DNA from: Octopus sinensis
Taxonomy: Eukaryota
Length of the DNA: 64,000 nt
Assembly (NCBI RefSeq): GCF_006345805.1
Contig: NC_043002.1
Location: forward strand, 56,730,001-56,794,000
Direction: 5' to 3'
In this document: positions 51,809-62,061 of the stretch, one piece after another
Numbering within the stretch: the first letter of the stretch is position 1
How the letters are laid out: every line of letters starts with the position of its first letter
The notes under the pieces: model-generated
What the model was told of the DNA's origin: nothing
The model's input: only the letters and a program-made list of their open reading frames with translations
Databases searched by the model: none
Position numbers and translations under genes: made by a program

Positions 51809-52477
51809 AGTACAATAAATACTATCCTTCCTTATGAAACATGTACCTCTGAAGGTGTGTCTGACTGCAAGGAGAATTTTTTTATTTATTAATGCTAGTT
51901 AGTAGTAACAGCTTGTCAAACTGTTGACCTATAAAAGCACATCTATGCTGCTCCACTGCTCTTTACATGATAAGGAAGCTTCTACAAGGTAGCTCAACCT
52001 GCTAGAAATAACAACCAATTCTCCTTCAACTCTCGCCCTTCCTTCTTAAATAAGAGTAGGACACATAAGGTCAGACACTATTATTAGCTTATTGGAGTCA
52101 AAATTGATACAGTTTCACCAATTCCAATAACAATATCAAATTGTAAAAGAATGCATTAAGCCTTCCCATTTCACAGGTTTTAATTTGACTGAAAAGAGTT
52201 TGTTTGTGACAAAGGAGCAGCAATTGTGTTTCTCAGAACAGGATGTTAGTAAATTTTAGATTTAACTGCTGTTCTTTAAAAACATTTCTTTAATAAATTT
52301 TATAGGAACGAAACTTTTCAATCTTTTAAAATATACTTTTTTGTTTTAACTATATCTTCTAATATAAATATATTTTAGGTTACATTCTCTTAAAATTTAT
52401 ATTCAGTGTTTTAATTTTGAAAAGAAACAGTTAGGTATTTATTTCTCTGAAAATGGTCACATGTTCAGTTGCTTTAG

Positions 52478-52541
52478 TCTCTTTCACTGAACTGCTAAGT
52501 AATGGAGATGTAAACACACCAACACTGGTTGTCAAGAAGAA

Positions 52542-52575
<34 letters not shown>

Positions 52576-52745
52576 TATTTATACTATGAACATCTTTCAG
52601 ATTCCTCCTACCAAATCCATTCACTGAGTTTTGGTTAACAGTGGGCTGTAGTGGAAGACACTTACCCATGGTGCCACACAAAGGGACTGAACCTGGAACC
52701 ATGTGGTTGAGAAGCAAGCTCCCTATCACACAGCCAACTTGTGCC
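52478..52745 (-). mobile_element. SINE family A
   Basis: Reverse match to 51452-51720. Confidence 0.8.
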
Positions 52746-54404
52746 TATATATTTATGTTGAGTGATTTTAAGTATATTATTAGTCTTATTACAAATAGAG
52801 GAGTTGGTGTCAAGAGTAAGTGGTGGTTTTATAAACTGATATTACTCGGAATAAGTGTTTATTTATTATTTACGTGGTCTCAAAACACTTTTACCTTTTA
52901 AATCCTTTCCTGTGCTGGACTTTTTGAATACCATAATAGTTTGTTACTTAGTTCTTTCAGTATGGTTGCCATGGAAGTCAATATAAATTCATCAGGTCTT
53001 TGTATCAGATGTATTGTCTCTGATTGGAGCAATTAAGACCAATGAAAAGCATCAGAAATGCTTCATAAAATCTTCTGTCCTGTTCAATTCATGTTGTTAC
53101 ATTCTATCTGGTATGAGTAGCTCAGCAAATAAAACCCTTTGAGGTATTTATTCTGCCTGAGTTGCTCAGATGCTTCCCTGTATTTTCACCATTTAACATG
53201 TGATAATTCATCTGGGAATATGCAAACAAGGGCAAACGCATGGTATAAATTAATAAAAAATAATAAATTTATTTCTTGGGAGAGTTTAGCAAATTGAACT
53301 TAACAACCCATCCCCAACAGACTTATTACTGCCAGCAAAGGTCATCATCAATGTCTTTGAATTCCAGGTGTTACTTCAGTTAATTCTTACCTGGCTGATG
53401 GACAAGTTCAATCTTTTTTTTCATCAATAATTTTCAGTTGGTTTTTCTTATTTAATATTGTACTTATAACCTGAGGCCTGCAAATGCCAATAATTCCATA
53501 AATTATTGGAGATGGGTTTTATACACACGCACACACACACACAACTTTCTGCATTTACTGACATCAATCAGTCATGCTTAAAAATAGTTCTTTATTCCTA
53601 CCCTAATGTATCTAAGACACTTTGTACTTCATTCCCTGTCACTTCCCCTCCATTTATCTTTTCCATTCATCATGTCTTTTCTCCTTACCACACCCACCCT
53701 ACCATTTGTCTTGGCTACATTCAGCTCATTATTTGCCCTGCCATGCTTTAAAAATTTGCCATACCACACCCACATCTGAGAGTATTTTGCTGCACAGCCA
53801 GAAAAATATCAAATTTTTGGGGTTTTTTTTTTTTGTTTTACTCTTGCAGTTACAAATTACAATTGTATAATTTAGTGTTCAAATTAACACCATGAGTCCC
53901 ATGTAGGGACATTGTGTGAAAGGACAAAATTGATCCTTTGTAGTACTGCGACTTTGTATTCAAATCATTTCTTCGAAATAATGTTTGTATTGTACAATGT
54001 TTTAACTGCTAATGTATTTATTCATTTACTCTCATATGGATATATATCTACAAAGTAACAGCTGCTAATTCGGAAATATATGAATACTTTTATCATGCTT
54101 TCATTTTGTTTCACTTCCTGGTTGTTGTAATTTCACTTCACCTACATTACTCATGCTGTTGACAAATGGTGAAACATCACATCTTCTTATTTCCTAATTT
54201 CTAAAAGTTGTCTTCTTCATTCTTGGAAGTCCATTTAAGATTTCATTGTTAGAATTTAATTGCAAGAAATTGGTTCTATACTTTTACAATGCACAAAATA
54301 TTTTGACAATTTCCCACCCCCAACCCCTTCTCAATATTTAATCATAAAGATATATTGAAATTTTTATTTTAAAACATTGAGTGCCTCTGGAAGTCCAGTA
54401 GAAT

Positions 54405-54759
54405 CGTTGTCGTTGTGGCACTCCATCGGTTATAACGACAAGGATTCCAGTTGATCCAATTAACGGAACAGCCTGCTTGTGAAATTAACATGTAAGTAGC
54501 TGAGTACTCCACAGACATGTGTACCCTTAACGTAGTTCTCGGGGAGATTCAGTGTGACACTATGTGACAAGGCTGGCCCTTTGAACAGGAAGAGCGAGAG
54601 AAAATTGTGGTGAACGAGTACAGCAGGGGTTGCCATCACCCCTTGGTGGAGCCTTGTGGAGCTTTAGGTGTTTTCGCTCAATAAACACTCGCAATGCCTG
54701 GTCTGGGAATTGAAACTACAATCCCACTGCACTAACCACTGGGCCATTGCACCTCTACA
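54405..54759 (-). mobile_element. tRNA-derived SINE family C, inserted in a hAT MITE (about 54250-54820)
   Basis: Minus-strand head TGGCCCAGTGGTTAG...GTTTCAATTCC, (ACAACG)n tail, TSD CCAGTAGAAT at 54395-54404 and 54760-54769. Confidence 0.85.
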
Positions 54760-56180
54760 CCAGTAGAATAAAATAAGAATCAGGGGTCCATAGGCAAAAT
54801 ATGGCTGCTGAGAACCACTAGATTATATGGAAAACTGAATGTTAAAATTTTGATAATGAAGTGGAGGGAGAGAAGGCATTTAAAGAATATAAACCGAATA
54901 TATAAAGTGGCAGGCTTATATCAGAGATGTTTATTCTTGTTAATTTAGACAATCACCTGTGTAATACAGATCGTGATAGTAACTTTATACTTATGTTTAG
55001 AAGTGAAGACCAGCCCTTATAAAAGGGTCTTTTATTCTATCATTGATGCTCCAGAACCAAGAAATAGGGAAAAAGAGAAGAAATAACACTCACACTCTAA
55101 ATGCACATCTTGAAACTAATTAGGGTGATTGGGCCTGAATAAATGAAGACAAATATGGCAGGGGTCTCTACATCATGCAGCGAGTGGATTATTGAGGCTT
55201 TTTTAATTGTTATTTAACCCAAGGTCTCTCTTGATAAACCTTTGATCAAAGATGTTCTGATCATGACCATCCTGTCTGTTTGTATAATTGTGTCTGTATT
55301 GTTTAGTGTTTCCTGATTTTGGTTTTTTAAAGACAGAAAGGTATAATTTGAGATAGATTTGGTTGTCATTTCTTGCTGTGATGCTCCTTGTTTGGTGATG
55401 GTGACAATGAAGCAGGAGACAACAACACTTTCGCTATATTTCATAAAATTCATTTTTAAAAGTATCAATTTAATTATATCATCATCATCATCATCACTTT
55501 TTACCGTTTTTCTTTCCTGCCACATTAGATGGATTGACTCAGCTAATGTTTTACACAAGTACAGCCTTTGGCTATTTTCTCTTCCTGTTTAAAGCTTCTT
55601 TAAGTCAACCTTCACCATCTCTAAGAATTTCAGATATATTTTTTTTATTTTTGTTAATGCGTTGTTAACTGATGTTGCTTTTCTATACACTTCACATGGA
55701 CAAGCCAGTCATCTGTATCTAATTAATGCATGGTTCATTAAACAGCATATTGTAGTTACATAGTAGTTAATATGCTGTCTTTCTTTAGCCTATCAATCAG
55801 TGAATAAGCACCAGTTCTCTCTAACTTTTTGGTTTGTTTGTATTCTGATAATGTTTCGTATCTAATTTACTACAGCATCACATTCAGAATGGGTTTAATT
55901 TTTTTCCCCCCCTTTTTTTAAATCTAATTTATTTGTTCCACTTTCAGTTTTCTCATTCTGTTAAGAGTATAAACTTATTAACTGCTTGGAAACTTTTAAA
56001 TTGAATGCAATTTAAATCTAATGATTCGGTGCTAATTATTTTATCATCTTCTTTCTGTTGCTTTGTTGACTAGTTTTGGTCCCATTAAGGACCACATCTG
56101 TAAGTCCCCTCCACTCATCATCATTTAACATCCACTTTTCTGTGCTAGCATGGGTTGGGCAAAACTTGTTGAGTTAGATT

Positions 56181-56319
56181 GTAATGTTATTAGGAGTTTG
56201 AATATGCTCGAAACTTGTTTGAACCGGTGACCAAGCTACTCACTGCATTTTGTTATGGAGAATATATCCCGTTTGTTGACAAATGGTATGTATACACCTA
56301 GATCAGCTCGCAACTGTAA
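56181..56319. mobile_element. 139-bp insertion with 15-bp TSD
   Basis: TTGTTGAGTTA(G/C)ATT at 56166-56180 and 56320-56334. Confidence 0.75.
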
Positions 56320-56568
56320 TTGTTGAGTTACATTTTCAACTGCTGTGTGCCCTCCCTATCACCAACCCTCACTTCTGTTTCTGAATAAGACTATATTTCT
56401 CTGTGAAGTATATTTGCCATCTAAATATGGTTAACCACTAAGGGTGGATGTTACTGTAGCTTGTAGCCTCAGGAGAACATCTTCTCCAGCTGGCTATTGA
56501 CACACTTTCTGTGCCCTATCGGTATTTGCAAAGGGAAGCCATCCTTCCCATCATCGACCTACATGATA

Positions 56569-56613
56569 CGCACAGACCCGGGTTTCTGGGTATTTACCCT
56601 TCATAAGCGCACG
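56569..56613 (-). ncRNA. Degenerate minimal hammerhead motif (left arm)
   Basis: CGUGCG-CUUAUGA-A-GGGU-aaau-ACCC-A-GAAA-CCCGGG-UC-UGUGCG; palindromic stem III intact, core G5->U. Confidence 0.5.
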
Positions 56614-56795
56614 GCAATCACCGGTCTTCGATGTGAAGGGGTCCAAATGCAAATACAAATATCCTTTTTCCAGTGACTTTTTATCACTGATCTTGAAAAA
56701 GTGTAAACAAGCATGAGATCAGTGCCAAAAAGTCACTGGAAAAAGGATATATGTATTTGCATTGGGACCCCTTCACATTGAAAACCAGTGATTGT

Positions 56796-56840
56796 CATGC
56801 ACTGATGACGGGTAAATACCCAGAAACCTGGATCCGTGCA
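56796..56840 (+). ncRNA. Degenerate minimal hammerhead motif (right arm)
   Basis: CAUGCA-CUGAUGA-C-GGGU-aaau-ACCC-A-GAAA-CCUGGA-UC-CGUGCA; core intact, stem III decayed. Confidence 0.55.
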
Positions 56841-57412
56841 TATCACGTAGGTCGATGATGGGAAGGATGGCTTCCCTTTGCAAATACCGATAGGGCACAG
56901 AAAGTGTGTCAATAGCCAGCTGGAGAAGATGTTCTCCTGAGGCTACAAGCTACAGTAACATCCACCCTTAGTGGTTAGCCATATTTAGATGGCAAATATA
57001 CTTCACATTGTTATGCAGTTACTGTTTATGCCTTGTTCAGAGATATTACAAACAGTAACACATGCACACACACACACGCACGCGCGCGGTTTCTTTCAAT
57101 TTCCATCTTGCATATCCTCACACATTGCCTTGATCAGCTGTAGTGGAAGACAGTGACTCAGGTGCCTTGCAACAAGACTGAACCTGAAACCCATGTGGTT
57201 CAGAAGTAAACTTCTTAACCACACACCCACACCTGCACCTATTTGGTGCATTATATAGTATTCAATCTTTAAATATACATAAATCTTCCCTTATTTTCTC
57301 TTCATTCTCCTTATTAAGATCCTTATATTATGTAAAGTCACCTTTGTTCAAATGAGCATCATTCAAAACAAAATACTTATTATTGTAAAATTTATTTACT
57401 CTTCTGAGAATC

Positions 57413-58612
57413 GTGGTAGGTAGCTTGCTTACCAATCACATGGTTTCAGGTTCAGTGTCTTCTACTATAGCCTTGGGCCGACTAAAGCCTTGTGAGTGGA
57501 TTTAGTAGACAGAAACTGAGAGAAGTCCATCGTATATATATGTATGTATGTATGTATGTGTTTGTCCCCCCAACATCTCTTGATAACCAATGCTGGTGTG
57601 TTTACATCCCCGTAACTTAGTGATTTGGCAAAAGAGACTGATAAAATAAGTACTAGGCTCACAAGGAGTAAGTCTTGGGGTTGATTTACTTGACTAAAGG
57701 TGGTTCCCCTGTATGGCTGTAATCAAAGATTCTTGGCCTGAAAGTATTTCTACAGTTGAGTGGCACAAACATTGTCAGACACTCAGAGTTTTCTCTACCA
57801 ATCAGTGAATCTTGATATTGAGTCAAGAACAAGCGTAAGGCATGCTGTAGAAGACAGAAGATCCGTTTAGCCAATGGAACACTTGGTAATGAGGAAGTAT
57901 CTAGTTAACTTCTTTCATCTTTTAATTGTTTCAGTCATTAGACTGCAGCCATGCTGGAGTACCATCTCGAAGAATTTTTACTTAAATGAATCAAACCCAT
58001 TACTTTTACTTTTTTTTAAAGTCTGATACTTATTCTTTTGATCACTTTTGCTGAACTGTATAGTTATGGAGACATAAACACACCAATACCAGTTGTTAAT
58101 TGGTGGTGGTGTGTGTGTGGGGGGGGGGCAAACACATGATAGGCTTCTTTCAGTTTCCGCCCACCAAATTCACTCAAGAGGTTTTGGCCAACCCAAGGCT
58201 ATAGTAGAGACACTTACTGAAGGCGCCATGCAGTGAGAGTGAATTTGGAGCCATGTGGTAGGGGGGCAAGCTTCTTACCATACAGCCAAGCCTCTGTTGC
58301 TATCTTATGTATAAAAAGCAAACTGGTTTAGTGATAGGGGCAGGCATTGCTGTGTGGTTGACAGGCTTGGTTCTCAACCATTAGGTCTCTGGTTCAGTCC
58401 CATTGTACAGTAGCTTGAATAAATGTGTGTGTCTTAACATCCTGGTGATGGTCGTAAATGAGCATCGCCCATCATAGAAGCAATGTTTGCTTTTACGGAG
58501 AAATTGGTCAGAGGAAGTGTGTCCAGACATAGAAAAATCTGCCTCAATAAATTCAGCCTGACCCATGCAAACATGGAAGAGTGGACATTAAATGATGAGG
58601 ATGATGATGATA
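57413..58612. mobile_element. Cluster of SINE family A copies in alternating orientation (+ 57413-57725, - 57920-58290, + 58340-58612)
   Basis: Head and tail motifs as in other copies. Confidence 0.8.
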
Positions 58613-59064
58613 GTTGTTGAGACTTCAGTGAATAAATATGATGTAGTAAGCATGTTAATTTGTCAGCATGGTCAGATGTGAGGTATTGTAACAAGTGGTT
58701 TTGTTATCTTTGAAAAAGAAAGTTTGGCACTGCGTCTGCTGTTGTGATGGCATAAAATTGAGGTAGTCTTGCCAGACTAACCCATTTGACCTTTTCAAGT
58801 ATGGTAAAGTAGATGACAAAGTCATAAATCTAATGTTGATTTGCATTTTACTTAAGTTAGCAGTACAGATTTTTGGTTTTTTTAGACTTGTTTGACTACT
58901 TTCTCAGGTTTTAAAATCATAACGGCTTCTCATGTTTTATCTCTGGAAATGGTGAATCATAATTTCTATCCATGAGACTACAAACTCATAACCACCATCT
59001 TTCATTGCTGTTGTCGTCGTCATCTTCTGTTTCTTTATCTGCATTATTATTGTTGATTGTGCAT

Positions 59065-59816
59065 TGGCAGAACCATTAGATTACTGGACAAAATATTTCT
59101 TCTGTGTCCTTGTGTTCTGGTTTCAAATCTCACCAAGGTCAACTTCCAGAGTCAATAAACTAAAATACCAGTCAAGACTAGATGCAATGTTATTGACCAA
59201 CCTCCACTTCTCCCCAAATCGCTGACCTTGTGCCAAAATTCGAAACCATTATTTTTTTTATTCATTTACTTGTTTAAGTCATTTGACTGTGGTCATGCTG
59301 GAGCACCAGCTTATAGAGTTTTATTCTAACAAATCAACCTCAGGACTTACTTGTTAAAGCCCAGTACTTATTCTATCAGGCTTTTTTGCTGAAGCACTAA
59401 ATTATGTGGACATAAATACACCAACACCGGTTGTCAAGTGGTGATGGTGACAAAACACACACACGACCAGCTTCTTTCAGTTTCCATCTACCAAATCCAC
59501 TCACAAGGCTTTGGTTGACCTGAGGCTATAGTAGAAGACACTTGCTCAAGGTGCCATGCAGTGGGACTGAACCTGGAACCATGTGGTTGAGAAGCAAGCT
59601 TCTTACCACACAGCCACACCTGCACCTGATTAATAAATTGTATTATTTTGTTTTTAAAGTCAGCTGGCATGGCTGTGTGGTATGAAATTTGCTTCCCAAC
59701 TACATGGTTCTGAGTTCAGTTCCACAGCATGCCACCTTGGACAAGTGTCTTTTATTATAACCTTGGGCTGACCAAAACCTTGTGAATAGATTTGGTAGGT
59801 GGAAACTGAAAGAAGT
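59065..59816. mobile_element. SINE B (+, about 59065-59250), SINE A (-, about 59262-59627), SINE A head (+, about 59665-59816)
   Basis: Head and tail motifs as in other copies. Confidence 0.8.
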
Positions 59817-60712
59817 CTGAAGTTTTTGATTTTATTTTTGTAATCACAAGTGATACTTTTTGAAACAAAAAAAAGTTGGGGGCATATACTGACTCTGGTC
59901 TTTTTATCATTATTGAAAGAGTGATAGACAGACATATTTATCACTGGTGGAATTTGAACTCAGATTCAAAGCAAAAGAAACAAAACACAATGGTGTATTT
60001 TGTCCATTGTGGTATTTCTTTGTTCATCATCAGCACCTGGATAAATACTGTCTCAAATCCTAGAACTCAATAGGGCAGTGGCCCAGTTTTCATGGCATAA
60101 GAGTAACCAAAATCACAGTATTTCCCATGAATGAGACATCACTTTATTGCTGCAGGACTCATTAACTGTTGAGTGAGCTAGAGCAATATGAGATGAAAAG
60201 TTTTGCTCAAGAACACAAAGCACTACTTGTCTGAATCAAAACCATGATCTTATGGTCAACACTGTAACTACTAGGCCACACCCCTTCACTTAATCCTGTA
60301 TTAGGTGTTTCCTTTAAATCTGCTCCATTATAATTTCAATTGTAAATCGTAGACTATATATTGATTGAGGCATAACTTATACCATTGTGCTGCAAATCCT
60401 TAGATAGGTTGTTGTGGAGATTATTAGTTGCCCAAACACTGAAGTATCCAACTATTTTATCTGTTTTATGTTAAAACTAGCCAGATCCAGCCTTTCACTC
60501 TTACTCTACGATGTCATTTTAAAAATAAACAATCGCATCATCGAAATCTCAATGCTATGAGATAATGCATGATTCATTCGAAACAATGTGAATAAATAAG
60601 CATTACATTATCAGAGTAATCAGAATGCTAATGAGTTCAGGCATTCCGTTGATACAGAATGGATAATTTCTTTTTTGTTTTAAATAAAAGAAATAGCAAC
60701 TCAGTTAATTTA

Positions 60713-60852
60713 TACAGTTCTATATTTAAGAGATGAGGAATTATGTACATTATGACAGATATTTGTCCTCATCTTGCCCACGGGTATATGGCGTAGGGGT
60801 TAAGAGTGCGGCTTACTATCCCCAAGATTCCAAGTTCGATTCTAGGCAGTGA

Positions 60853-60900
<48 letters not shown>

Positions 60901-61041
60901 CAACATCAAAAAATACCTTAGGAATGAGAACCCACGTTCGAAATTTCCCCAAGATACCTGATGAAGGCTGGAGGGTATACAGCCGAAACATTGTGTTAAC
61001 AACAAACAAGATGAGAACAAATATCCGTCAAATGTAAATAA
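60713..61041 (+). mobile_element. tRNA-head + (AAT)n + hammerhead element with inverted 3' segment at its 5' side
   Basis: TSD TCAG(T/C)TAATTTA at 60701-60712 and 61042-61053; A box TGGCGTAGGGG 60789-60799; B box AGTTCGATTCT 60833-60843; 60746-60776 is the reverse complement of about 61007-61036. Confidence 0.85.
60953..60997 (+). ncRNA. Minimal type-I hammerhead ribozyme motif
   Basis: GAUAC-CUGAUGA-A-GGCUG-gaggguaua-CAGCC-GAAA-CA-UU-GUGUU; perfect 5-bp stem II; stem III CG changed to CA. Confidence 0.7.
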
Positions 61042-62029
61042 TCAGCTAATTTATTTTTTTGTATTTTAATTTTGGTTTTCAATGTTAGCAAAAATGTATC
61101 TGGTTCCATGCATCTTGTGTTAGAAACTTAACTCTACTTGCCTTATATGAAGCATTAATATATTATATATCAGGATTTTTTTTTTTTTTTTTGCTATATT
61201 TCATTCTGTTTTCATAAAATATGCTTCATGCAAACAACTATATCAGACTATATTCATTCCATTGTGCTTATGAGTGTGTTTGAATATTTGTTATTACAGT
61301 TGATGTCACCCATTCAACTTTAACCAGTCTCCCTTGGGAATGATATAAGTTGTAACCTCGTTATCAAATTTCCGATTCAGCGTATTCAAATGAGAAATAA
61401 AAACACACACATACAAAACATCATAAAAAATTTTTTTTTTTATATAAATCAAGCTGCAAAAAAGACATCAAGTGAAAAATACATCAAAGAAAGCAATAAC
61501 ACTTAAAATATAAATCAGAAATATGTCTTGAAATATAAATGTAAGTCTCAGTAATTATTGAAAAATTAAACCTAAAATAAAAATACTTTGATATCTATCA
61601 AAGGAAGGATAGAAAAAATTTGCATAAAACAGGAGTTACATAATTATCGTTTCTCACATTTAAAGATGTTAGAAATGCTATGAGGTAAGGTTAGTAATAT
61701 CTCCCTAAATTCGGTATGATAGTAAACCAATGCATCATAAGCTATTCAAGGAAATGCAGAGAGCCAAAACTAGGGAGTCAACATTAATATTGAACAGCTT
61801 GGGATGTGACACAACTAAGATTTACTGAGGAAACAATATAGGTGTGTGAGACGTATTATTAAATTTGTTAATAACAACTTTACCTAATTAAACGAAGGGA
61901 ATTAATCGGAGCATGTGTGGATGCATACATGCGTGCAAATGCTGTACATGAATGTATATATTATATTTTGTATGCATGTGTGCACACATACACATAAATG
62001 CTGTGTGTGTGTGTGTAGATATGTACTTG

Positions 62030-62061
<32 letters not shown>

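Larger units (their letters stand above)
56402..57007. repeat. 606-bp inverted repeat (292-bp arms, 22-bp spacer); Penelope-like inverted pLTR candidate
   Basis: Arms 56402-56693 and 56716-57007 align without gaps, 18 mismatches by hand count; each arm has a hammerhead-like motif. Confidence 0.95.
56116..57240 (-). mobile_element. SINE family A/RTE-tail copy interrupted by two insertions
   Basis: Tail at 56116-56180, resumes 56320-56401, head at about 57090-57240. Confidence 0.7.

Noticed and set aside
60782-60856. Functional tRNA gene
   Set aside because: A and B boxes are present but acceptor and anticodon stems do not pair convincingly, and it lies inside a TSD-bounded repeat; treated as a SINE head
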